Shown in pieces: positions 24,701 through 32,000 of a DNA stretch of 32,000 nucleotides. How positions within the stretch are numbered: the first letter of the stretch is position 1; each line of letters begins with the position of its first letter. The notes under the pieces are model-generated. The model made no database searches, was not told the DNA's origin, and worked only from the letters and a program-made list of their open reading frames with translations. The DNA is from an uncultured archaeon (lineage in GTDB: Archaea > Iainarchaeota > Iainarchaeia > Iainarchaeales > JAAZKV01): contig CAZKBG010000001.1 of NCBI GenBank assembly GCA_964551375.1, positions 390,001 to 422,000 on the forward strand, in the 5' to 3' direction. The position numbers and the translations under genes are program-made.

Positions 24701-26044
24701 TTAAAAATCACAAACACTGATTAAAAAATAAACATACGCATTCCAAGTGCTGTTTGATTGAAGATAATAAACTGAATTCGGGCTTGATTCTGAAAATCCA
24801 TAATCATCCCAAATATCAAGACCTTCATCCCAGCCGAGGAATTTTTTATTAACTCCGTCCCCGTTAACTCCGGTATTGTCTCCGTATGCGTCATGCCAAT
24901 AATGAACATTTGAAATATTTTTCTGCCTAAACATTACAGGATAGCTTGTGTAAAACTTTGCGCCCGCTGGACGATAACTAGCGCCTCGAGTATCATACTT
25001 CCAAATTCTATAAGAACAACCGTCATCATCCTCGCAAATATTTCTGCCGTTTTTTATTAGTGAAATAACTCCATTCTGCCCATTAGTTGCAGTATCAATA
25101 GTGTTGCAAAAAGTAACTGCGCTGCTTTGAGTCATAGACGTGTTTGTAACTGTAACCGCTCCTGTTGAAGCGCTCACGCTAATACCAGCCCCAGCAGCAA
25201 CGCTAGTAACGCCAGTATTTGAAACTGCAACATTTCCTGTTCCGCCTGCTGGATTTACACTAATTCCAGTTCCTGCAGAAACTCTAGTCACTCCAGCCGC
25301 GCCAACATCATCACTCGCACAAGCCCATGTTGTTCCATTATGCTTCAAAACCTGCCCGCTCAAACAAACAGGCAATGGAGTTCCGCCAGTTGAAACTGCC
25401 CTGGGACAAAAATAAGATACGGTTCCAACAAGATTTGTATAAGTAGAATAATCAGTGCCGTCATTATGCCTATATATGGCAATTCCCCCATTTTCAAAGA
25501 CAGCAGATGTCAATCCTGAATAAGTGTGCACTGTGCCACCAGGATTATTTATAGTCCCCATTCCCCAAAATCCGTTTCCGCCCGGATTTATTGACTTCGC
25601 TGCAACCGCACCGCCTTCAGCAGAAAAAGTTGATAAAACACCAACACACCCAGCGCTTGGAAGTCCTGCTGAACAATCAGCAGCAGTCCAACCATAACTA
25701 GCCCAGCCACCATAAGAATATACAAATGTCTTAGAACAAACAGTATTCAAATCAAAAACAGTTGTTGAGCCAGCTCCGCCTGAATTATCAGCACAAATCC
25801 AAGACCCGCTTGAACTGCCAGTCCATTTTAGTGTCTGCCCGCTGCTGCAAAATGGAACTCCCGTACCGCCGTACTTCGCAAGCAGAACATTATTATCAGA
25901 AATCGACTCTACACCAACCGCAACCTGCGAAAACTGATGAAAAGGCTTTGCGGGGTCAACATTACCCGCAACAGTAAAAATTACTCCAAAAACAAGAACT
26001 AAAAAAAGAACAAGAATTTTATCAAACTTGCTGAACGAAACCAT
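24701..26044 (-). CDS. Fibre-like surface protein P3: same N-terminal module, GQxLKW repeats, G[TA]GISV beta-helix-like repeats, aromatic-rich C-terminal domain
   Basis: ORF track gives 24701..26053. I prefer MVSFSKFDKI (ATG ending at 26044) by homology to P1 and because TTTATAAA lies at 26062-26069. Contains LPVCLSGQVLKHNGTTWACASDD and VSAGTGISVNPAGGTGNVAVSNTGVTSVAAGAGISVSASTGAVTVTNT. Confidence 0.8.
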   Translation of the reverse strand: MVSFSKFDKILVLFLVLVFGVIFTVAGNVDPAKPFHQFSQVAVGVESISDNNVLLAKYGGTGVPFCSSGQTLKWTGSSSGSWICADNSGGAGSTTVFDLNTVCSKTFVYSYGGWASYGWTAADCSAGLPSAGCVGVLSTFSAEGGAVAAKSINPGGNGFWGMGTINNPGGTVHTYSGLTSAVFENGGIAIYRHNDGTDYSTYTNLVGTVSYFCPRAVSTGGTPLPVCLSGQVLKHNGTTWACASDDVGAAGVTRVSAGTGISVNPAGGTGNVAVSNTGVTSVAAGAGISVSASTGAVTVTNTSMTQSSAVTFCNTIDTATNGQNGVISLIKNGRNICEDDDGCSYRIWKYDTRGASYRPAGAKFYTSYPVMFRQKNISNVHYWHDAYGDNTGVNGDGVNKKFLGWDEGLDIWDDYGFSESSPNSVYYLQSNSTWNAYVYFLISVCDF

Positions 26045-26079
26045 TATTACCACAATAATTATTTATAAAATATTTTTAA

Positions 26080-27273
26080 TTACTTTTTCAGCCGCTTATT
26101 GCCTTTGTTTTTTGTAACTATGAAAATAATCCCTGCAAGAAGAACTAATAAAACGAAAATATTGTTGTCAGGTATTGTCTGATTCTCGCCCGGCGCTTTT
26201 GTCACAGGGAAGAAAGTATCTTTCATGCATTTTCCAACGCTAAGTCTTGCAAAGAAAGGATTTCCCGAAATTGAAGAAGGAATTTTAAAATTATTAAAAT
26301 CTTTTTCAATAGTTCCGCAATTTAATCCATTCACTTCCTTAAGCACATTTCCCATAGGGTCAAAAATTATTATATTTGCGTCAAGGTTATTATATTTACA
26401 AGCGTATTTTAGCAAAACATTTGTGTCATAATAAATTTTTCCCGCTTCAAACTTTGAAATATTACAATCCCCGCCAGGACCCGGAGGAGTAACTGGCCCG
26501 CTGCCGCCCGCTGCAATGTTAAAAGTAATTACTGAAGAAGGACATGCTGGAGTGGAGTTTCTTGTAATAATTGCAGTAAAATCCTTGCTTGAGAGCCCGC
26601 CCATATTCAAAGTTGATGAATTAATATCAAATGTTGTCACAACTGGAGAACACTGGTTTGAATCTTTTCTAAAAAAGTTCAAATTATCAGGCCCGATTAA
26701 AATATTCATGTCAACTGAAGCCGGAGAGCCGCCTATGCACTGATAGCTGAAAATAATTTTTTCCCCAACCGTGTAATATGATTTGTTTGTAGAAAAATTT
26801 GTTGTTGCAGGACAAGCAGGCGGAACCAGCGGAGCTTTGCAGCAGAATTTTACTTCCTCTGCCCCGAAAATATTGCATGAAGACAAATGAGCATTAGTAA
26901 AATCGCTTAACCCGAATTTGCAGCTATCCCCCGCAGTGCACGCAGCGCCTTTTGCGGTGTAATAACAATTTGCTGTAAAATAAGCTGAGTTCATGCAGAT
27001 ATTATTATCCCTATAAAATGCATACGCATTTGTTTCAGCATGAGCATTAGTAGGGTCGCTTAAGCCAAGAACTCTTACAGAGCCCGCAGTGCCGCAGGCA
27101 GCAGCGCCTGTTGAGTCAATCATTGCAATATTAGTGTAACCGCAAAGACCATGCCCAGTTTTGCAAGCATGCGATTCAACTGAACTGTTGTAATATGATA
27201 CAAGCGGAACATCAGCCGCAAAAACAAGCGAAGCCGCAATAAGGATAAACAATAGGATAAGTAATTTCTTCAT
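26080..27273 (-). CDS. Cys-rich surface protein with signal peptide, two GLSDxTNAH repeats, two Ig-like segments and C-terminal TIPDNNIF-TM-Lys-rich anchor
   Basis: 397-aa ORF. N-terminus MKKLLILLFILIAASLVFA. Also VLGLSDPTNAHAE and KFGLSDFTNAHLS. C-terminus TIPDNNIFVLLVLLAGIIFIVTKNKGNKRLKK. Confidence 0.8.
   Translation of the reverse strand: MKKLLILLFILIAASLVFAADVPLVSYYNSSVESHACKTGHGLCGYTNIAMIDSTGAAACGTAGSVRVLGLSDPTNAHAETNAYAFYRDNNICMNSAYFTANCYYTAKGAACTAGDSCKFGLSDFTNAHLSSCNIFGAEEVKFCCKAPLVPPACPATTNFSTNKSYYTVGEKIIFSYQCIGGSPASVDMNILIGPDNLNFFRKDSNQCSPVVTTFDINSSTLNMGGLSSKDFTAIITRNSTPACPSSVITFNIAAGGSGPVTPPGPGGDCNISKFEAGKIYYDTNVLLKYACKYNNLDANIIIFDPMGNVLKEVNGLNCGTIEKDFNNFKIPSSISGNPFFARLSVGKCMKDTFFPVTKAPGENQTIPDNNIFVLLVLLAGIIFIVTKNKGNKRLKK
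26083..26178 (-). other. C-terminal tripartite sorting-signal-like segment (TIPDNNIF motif, hydrophobic helix, Lys-rich tail)
   Basis: Matches TVPDSNPFVLIIVALVALFILLGRNKKGKK of the 6559 gene. Confidence 0.5.
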
Positions 27274-27382
27274 TTAACTCAATACTAAGAAAAACTTTCA
27301 AATATAAAAACATGACTAAATGACGCTTTAAATGAAATTTTTGAGAAAAATTGGAAAAACCCATAAAAAAAACAGGCTTTTT

Positions 27383-28207
27383 TTAAATTTTGAATTTATG
27401 GTTAACTTCAACTATTAATAAATCGCAGATTGTTCTCATTGATTCCATCTGCTGAATAATTCTTTCCTTCTCAAGCTCAATTTCACCCACAGCTTCATAG
27501 GGTTCAACTGATTCCTTAAACATAGATCTGTCAATGTAAGGATACGGATAGGAATCCATTTTCTTTGAAACTTTAGCAACTAAATTTCCAAGCCAAACAT
27601 TCAACCCTCTTTTAACAGGACCCTTAATTGTTTTCTTGTCATCAAGATGCTTTCTTAATTTATTAGTAATTGTAGCTTTTGGAAAAGGCAAATCATCCTG
27701 CTCAAGCTTTAATGAAACAGCTTTTGATTTTGCTTCAGCGTCAATCTGAGAAATAACAGCATCGCACTCAACTTTTATTGAATTTATCTTCTTGATTAAC
27801 TCTTCGCGCTGTTTGTTTATGCTTTGAAGATCGTCATAAGGCGCAATTGAATCTTTTAACATGTCATAATTAACGTAAGTATAGGGCTGGGAGTTCATTT
27901 TTTTTGCAATTCTTTCAACCATGGTGTTAACCCAAAGGTTCATTTCATCCTTAACAGTCCCCTTAATCTGCTTTCCTTTTGAAACGTTTTTTCTAACCAG
28001 ATTAGTTATTGTTGCTCTTGGAAAAGGCAGTTTTTCATCATCGCCTTCAGCCCCGTTTGATTCGGAAACTGCGCCATTATCATCATCAGCATCATCAAAA
28101 TCAGATTCTTCAAGCCCAGAAGCGTCTTTTTCATCAGCATTTACTTCTTTTTCCATATCCTCGTCCTGCTTAACTGCGTCCTTTTTAGCCTGTTTTTGTT
28201 CAACCAT
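27383..28207 (-). CDS. Internally duplicated protein with two histone-fold-like (DUF1931-like?) units and a ~58-aa highly acidic N-terminal tail
   Basis: 274-aa ORF. Units L60-D156 and L173-N269 align without gaps (LPFPRATITNLVRKNVSKGKQIKG... / LPFPKATITNKLRKHLDDKKTIKG...). The first ~62 aa of each can be threaded onto the helix-loop-helix-loop-helix layout of HMfB. The fold assignment is tentative. Confidence 0.4.
   Translation of the reverse strand: MVEQKQAKKDAVKQDEDMEKEVNADEKDASGLEESDFDDADDDNGAVSESNGAEGDDEKLPFPRATITNLVRKNVSKGKQIKGTVKDEMNLWVNTMVERIAKKMNSQPYTYVNYDMLKDSIAPYDDLQSINKQREELIKKINSIKVECDAVISQIDAEAKSKAVSLKLEQDDLPFPKATITNKLRKHLDDKKTIKGPVKRGLNVWLGNLVAKVSKKMDSYPYPYIDRSMFKESVEPYEAVGEIELEKERIIQQMESMRTICDLLIVEVNHKFKI
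27401..28030 (-). repeat. Two ~97-aa coding repeats (27740-28030 and 27401-27691)
   Basis: Gap-free alignment at roughly 40 percent identity, done by eye. Confidence 0.8.
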
Positions 28208-28377
28208 AAGCCCACCAAATTAAGGATTTATTGCAACAAGAAGCATATAAATCATTCGCTCACATCGAAAAAATTTAAAAAAAAGCCCCTCACTTGCAAT
28301 AATTTAAAAAGATTTATAAAGCCAAGCCGTTTAAAATGACATGATTATTTTAATTTTTTAACCCATTTTACGCTGCT

Positions 28378-29028
28378 TTATCCAACAATTGAAGCAAACA
28401 TGAATGCGATACTTGTTAAAACAAGCATTCCAAGCATTACAATCTGCGCCATATCAAGAGCCTTAAAGTTCATTAAAAACAATGCCAATACAACGATAAA
28501 CAATACTGCTCCGCAGGAAAGCATCACATAAGAAAAAAGCATTGATTTTTTTCTGAATTTATGAACCTTCATCTGCTCAACATCAAGCTCAAGCTGGGCA
28601 ATTCTTGCACCAAGAGAATCAAGCGCAACTTTAACAAGCGAAACAGTTTTCTGCGATTCAGTAATAACGCGGTTAACTCTTCCTTCAAAATCCTTTGACT
28701 CGTTGATAATATTTTCCCTCACATCCTTTAACTGAACAGAAGCAATTTCAGCAACCTGGGATTTTTCCTGCTGCTCAATTTTATGAATCTCGCTTTTTAT
28801 CAAATTATCAATATCGCTTCTCTGCGCGTCAACTTCAGCGCGCACAAGACTGCCGATTTCTTTTTTTAACAAAGTAAAAGTATCCGCTTCAGCAATCAAA
28901 AGAAGCCTTTTTGACTGGTCATCATCAACCCCAAGATCGCGAAGACTTGAAATAATCTTTTCACGAGGCTGGCCTTCCTGAACCATCTTCTGAATTACAT
29001 CAATAATTGATTGTTCCTGTTTAGCCAT
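28378..29028 (-). CDS. Coiled-coil protein with two C-terminal TM helices
   Basis: 216-aa ORF. Long heptad-like middle region. C-terminus MLFSYVMLSCGAVLFIVVLALFLMNF...IVMLGMLVLTSIAFMFASIVG. Starts 2 nt after the upstream gene ends. Confidence 0.65.
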   Translation of the reverse strand: MAKQEQSIIDVIQKMVQEGQPREKIISSLRDLGVDDDQSKRLLLIAEADTFTLLKKEIGSLVRAEVDAQRSDIDNLIKSEIHKIEQQEKSQVAEIASVQLKDVRENIINESKDFEGRVNRVITESQKTVSLVKVALDSLGARIAQLELDVEQMKVHKFRKKSMLFSYVMLSCGAVLFIVVLALFLMNFKALDMAQIVMLGMLVLTSIAFMFASIVG

Positions 29029-29030
29029 AA

Positions 29031-29744
29031 TTACTGCCCCTCATATACACTAATAGTACCATTATAATCTTTTGTTCTTGAGCCGACTTTTAGCAAAAAG
29101 AAAATCGGCACTTCGCCAGTCACTCTTGGCGTCAAAGTAGAATATATTATTTTGCAATCGCCTTTCTTTAACGGAATTGAGCGCTCAAAAAAATTATCGC
29201 TAAAACCATTTGCCTTATCCACTTCAAGCCAAATAACCGCGGGCAAATCATTTGGAGAATTATTGCACAATTTTGCGGAATAAGTGTACTCTTCTCCTAC
29301 CGGAAGAGATTTTGGAAGATAAATTATTGGAATAACAGGATTAAGCAAATCATCAGTGAGAGGGAATCTTAGGTTAATCGGACGGTTGAACGGAGAAGTT
29401 ATTGAAACAAAATAATCCTTATCCCCTTCGTTAAGCGGAACCGCTGCAATAAAATCATAGGATTCATTTGCGTCAAGCTTTGAATTAAAATCAAAACCCC
29501 CTTTAAGCCAGTAAGTGTGCTCCTCTTTTCCGTGCCTTACAATAATTTTAATATTATCAACAGTGTGCGCGGAATAATTATGAAGATTCATAGTGATTTT
29601 GATATCATTTCCGCTAATCGCATAAGAAGGCCTTACCACTTCAATTGACTGGGAGAAAAACACTATGTACAAAAGTCCGAAAAACCCCAAAAGGAAAAGT
29701 ATGGTGAAAAACGGGTAAAATATTTTTCTTGAAACGAAGTTCAT
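29031..29744 (-). CDS. N-terminally anchored beta-rich protein (unknown function)
   Basis: 237-aa ORF. N-terminal TM FYPFFTILFLLGFFGLLYIVFF. The remainder is beta-strand-like. Confidence 0.65.
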   Translation of the reverse strand: MNFVSRKIFYPFFTILFLLGFFGLLYIVFFSQSIEVVRPSYAISGNDIKITMNLHNYSAHTVDNIKIIVRHGKEEHTYWLKGGFDFNSKLDANESYDFIAAVPLNEGDKDYFVSITSPFNRPINLRFPLTDDLLNPVIPIIYLPKSLPVGEEYTYSAKLCNNSPNDLPAVIWLEVDKANGFSDNFFERSIPLKKGDCKIIYSTLTPRVTGEVPIFFLLKVGSRTKDYNGTISVYEGQ

Positions 29745-29806
29745 GAAATACTAAACAAAAAGAAGTATTTAATCTTGCCTAATGAGCCAACTATAAGGGC
29801 AAAAAA

Positions 29807-30484
29807 TCACATAAACTTCTTTATTTCAACGGATTCATCAAAAAACTGGGAAAGCTTCTGATACAACCCCTTGTTTGACGAAATGTAATACGCGCTCACG
29901 CTGTTCTTTCTAAGCAGTTTTGTGATTGAATTCATAAACTTCAGCACCACATCCTCGTTGTGATAAAGAGTAAGAGGCCACACCGAGTCAAAGATAAATG
30001 AAACCTTCTTTCCCTCTTTAAGAAACTGGACAATTTTTATCTGAAGCTGGGTTAAATTTCTCAAAGAATCAATAAACATTACTCCGTCAAAATCTTCTGC
30101 GTTTGAAATGCTTTTTGAAACGCAGTCAATTACAAAAAACTTCTGATAAACGCCTGATTCGCTCAAAATAGAAGCAACCCCTTTGTAATTTCCGTTAAAA
30201 AGAACCAGCACCGGAATTTCGCCGTTTTGAATGACAAGCTTTGAAAGCGCTGCAAAAAGATCCCTTGAATTTGTTACATCGCAGGAAAAAAGCGCCTGCC
30301 CTTTAAAAGAAGCCGGAAGCTTTGACTTAACTTCAGTCAAAATCTTTTCAGGACCCAAAAGAGAAGAAAATGCGTCAAATTTAGCGGACTGTTTTGAAAC
30401 TTCAGACGCGGTTGTCTCGCGATTTGATAAAATCGCCTCAAAAGCCTTTTTCTGCTCGTCAGTCAAAGTAAAAGATGATGCCAT
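29807..30484 (-). CDS. KaiC/RecA-fold-like (DUF835-like) protein lacking a Walker A P-loop
   Basis: 225-aa ORF. No GxxxxGK[ST] anywhere. Strand-type motifs VLVLFNG, FFVIDC, VMFIDSLRNL and SFIFDSVWPLTLYHNEDVVLKFMNSITKLL resemble inactivated KaiC-like/DUF835 domains. Confidence 0.45.
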   Translation of the reverse strand: MASSFTLTDEQKKAFEAILSNRETTASEVSKQSAKFDAFSSLLGPEKILTEVKSKLPASFKGQALFSCDVTNSRDLFAALSKLVIQNGEIPVLVLFNGNYKGVASILSESGVYQKFFVIDCVSKSISNAEDFDGVMFIDSLRNLTQLQIKIVQFLKEGKKVSFIFDSVWPLTLYHNEDVVLKFMNSITKLLRKNSVSAYYISSNKGLYQKLSQFFDESVEIKKFM

Positions 30485-30612
30485 GCAAGAGAAATATGAC
30501 TTAACTTGTTAATAAATCTAAAGTAGCGAAAAAAGATGGATAAATTTAAAATAAACTGAAAAAATCAAAAAAAATCCAATAAATAACTCTGCAAAAACTC
30601 CATAAAGCCATC

Positions 30613-30620
30613 TTTATAAA
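30613..30620 (+). promoter_or_regulatory. TTTATAAA TATA box about 44 nt upstream of the ATPase ATG
   Basis: Read directly. Confidence 0.4.
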
Positions 30621-30663
30621 CAAGAAAGAAGTAATATTGATTGAAAAAAAAAGCGTGAACTTG

Positions 30664-32000
30664 ATGGGGTTATTCTCTGGAAAAAAAGAAGCCAAAGGCG
30701 GCCTTGGGGAGATAAAAAACCTGACAATGGGCGCAAATAAGGCTGATTCGGGCAATAAAAATGAGGAGAAGTTAGTGTCAAGCTCCGTGGATAATGATGT
30801 AAAACTATTTAAGGAACAGCAAAAAGCAGCAGAGAACCAGTCAATCGAACTTGATAAAGAAAAAACAAGCCTGTTTGAAGAAGCTAAAGCGCCAAGCGCG
30901 TTTGACAAACTGCGAAATCTTTCAAACACAGTAACTGAAATCCCTAAAACAAAAACAATCACCACTGAAAACTTTTCAAAACCCGTTGTAAGCCAGCCCG
31001 CTCCTGAAAAAGTGGTGCCGACGAATGTTGGATTTGAAATTAAAAGAGAAGGAAATGCTCCAAAAATAATAAAAGAAAAAAATATTGCCAGCGCGCTTGA
31101 AACCCAGAGCACAAAAACTGACGCTGGGGATAAAAAGGACGTTTTCTTTGACTGGATGAAACAACCCCCAATTGATGCTCCGCTTGCTGATGATTTTAAA
31201 GAACAAAAAGAAGCCCCTATTGTTAATGAAGAAATTAAAATCAGCGTTGATACGCAGCTAAAGACTCCTATTGACGAACTTTTCAATACGCTTGAACAAT
31301 ACCCTATGCTTGATACTGGAAGACTCGCAGAGCTTTCAGGATTATCCTCTGAAATGATAGAACAAATAGCAAAATTGTTTGAAGAAGACGGGGTAATTGA
31401 AATAGAATATCCTGCAAGCCTTACAAAAAAACCAATTTTGAGGCTGAAAAATCCGGTAACAAGCAAAATAAACAAAGTGCCGAATGGAAAAGTGCTTGAA
31501 GAGTATCTTCTTGAAGTGGATTATGTTCCTGCAAAAATAAAAATAATACTTGCAGCAGGAGAAGCAAGGCCGATTTATGCTGTTGAGCTTCCTTCAATTG
31601 GAAAATACACTCTGCGGTTTTTGCAGTTCATAAAAGATGAAGTAGCAGAAACAATGCCGATTGATCTTGAAGAAATTGTCGACCCTAAAAAATCAAGAAA
31701 ACTAAAAGAAAGATTCTTTAATGAATTAAACTCTCACATGACAAAATACTTCCCGACTTCCCCAAAAGAAATTATCAGCATGCTTTCAGGAGTACTACTT
31801 CATGACATGTACGGACTGGGAAATATTGAACTAATAATGGGAGACGACATGCTTGAAGAAGTAAGCATAAACTCTTCAAAAACACCAATCACTGTTTATC
31901 ACAGAGTACAAGGATGGCTAAAGACAAACCTGCAGCCTGGAACTGAAGAAGAAATCAATAACTTATCCTCGCAAATCGGAAGAAAAATCGGAAGGGAAAT
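30664..32000 (+). CDS. Type IV pilus / archaellum-family secretion ATPase (PilB/ArlI/GspE-like) with long low-complexity plus wHTH-like N-terminal extension; partial, runs off the window end
   Basis: Absent from the ORF track (open-ended). My translation from ATG 30664 shows no stop through nt 32000. The distal part ...LLHDMYGLGNIELIMGDDMLEEVSINSSKTPITVYHRVQGWLKTNL matches the N-terminal domain upstream of the ATPase core in this family. The 309-aa minus ORF 30546..31475 is its antisense shadow. Confidence 0.8.
   Translation, partial: MGLFSGKKEAKGGLGEIKNLTMGANKADSGNKNEEKLVSSSVDNDVKLFKEQQKAAENQSIELDKEKTSLFEEAKAPSAFDKLRNLSNTVTEIPKTKTITTENFSKPVVSQPAPEKVVPTNVGFEIKREGNAPKIIKEKNIASALETQSTKTDAGDKKDVFFDWMKQPPIDAPLADDFKEQKEAPIVNEEIKISVDTQLKTPIDELFNTLEQYPMLDTGRLAELSGLSSEMIEQIAKLFEEDGVIEIEYPASLTKKPILRLKNPVTSKINKVPNGKVLEEYLLEVDYVPAKIKIILAAGEARPIYAVELPSIGKYTLRFLQFIKDEVAETMPIDLEEIVDPKKSRKLKERFFNELNSHMTKYFPTSPKEIISMLSGVLLHDMYGLGNIELIMGDDMLEEVSINSSKTPITVYHRVQGWLKTNLQPGTEEEINNLSSQIGRKIGRE

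Noticed and set aside
22281-27273. Diversity-generating retroelement or prophage origin of the fibre cluster
   Set aside because: No reverse transcriptase is present. No template/variable repeat pair with adenine-specific differences is visible. No capsid, terminase, portal or baseplate genes are present. Repeat units differ at all base types and look like ordinary diverged coding repeats.
2198-30512. Remaining short ORF-track entries: 2198..2383, 2287..2682, 3248..3430, 3723..3914, 4548..4766, 7232..7570, 9030..9272, 12333..12590, 13051..13272, 13851..14072, 17295..17504, 18250..18453, 19330..19593, 20503..20697, 21505..21726, 24721..24909, 25140..25415, 25762..25977, 26225..26431, 26516..26743, 27921..28223, 30231..30512, 30976..31206
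   Set aside because: All lie inside, antisense to, or out of frame with longer, motif-supported genes, or (3248..3430) across a promoter region. All show shadow-ORF composition.
30546-31475. 309-aa minus-strand ORF
   Set aside because: It is a low-complexity S/F/L-rich translation. The opposite strand carries an uninterrupted frame from ATG 30664 to the window end that becomes a recognisable PilB/ArlI-type ATPase.
1-32000. CRISPR arrays, transposases, integrases, IS elements
   Set aside because: No regularly spaced direct repeats and no ORF with recombinase or transposase motifs were seen on either strand.

Overview
AT-rich archaeal window. Archaeal markers are a group II chaperonin (thermosome), Alba, Sec61-beta/SecG, class III (prepilin-type) signal peptides, IleRS, and TTTATAAA-type TATA boxes about 26 nt upstream of several ATGs. 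These suggest leaderless mRNAs, while the thermosome, Alba and one other gene instead carry GGAGG Shine-Dalgarno-like sites. Tight packing, shortened housekeeping proteins, a tRNA-Ile(UAU) and a very high share of secreted or anchored Cys-rich proteins suggest a small-genome episymbiont such as a DPANN archaeon (inference only). I call about 31 protein genes (two run off the window edges and are absent from the ORF track), 2 tRNAs, 2 GC-rich islands that look like structured RNAs, several operator-like palindromes and hairpin plus oligo-T terminators. Housekeeping genes: ileS, thermosome, gmk, Alba, Sec61-beta and a Nudix hydrolase. The rest is mostly cell-surface machinery. There are two giant pilin-like adhesins (1-2678). 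A same-strand block of three secreted proteins ends in a HerA/FtsK-type ATPase (5226-11780). Two paralogous membrane-anchored GATase1-like proteins lie at 13462-15508. Three tail-fibre-like proteins share one N-terminal module but carry different tips, one with a collagen helix, and a Bud32/RIO-like kinase-fold gene with a substituted catalytic Asp sits among them (22281-26053). Further on are a duplicated histone-fold-like protein with an acidic tail (27383-28207) and a PilB/ArlI-type ATPase divergent from a module headed by a KaiC/DUF835-like protein that lacks a P-loop (28378-32000). Best candidates for something undescribed: the fibre cassette, a shared TxPDxNxFVL-TM-Lys-rich C-terminal sorting-signal-like motif on two surface proteins, the HerA-linked surface block, and the two GC islands that share a 20-nt motif. 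No CRISPR array, transposase, integrase or reverse transcriptase was seen. All functional calls come from reading motifs by eye. No database search was possible.
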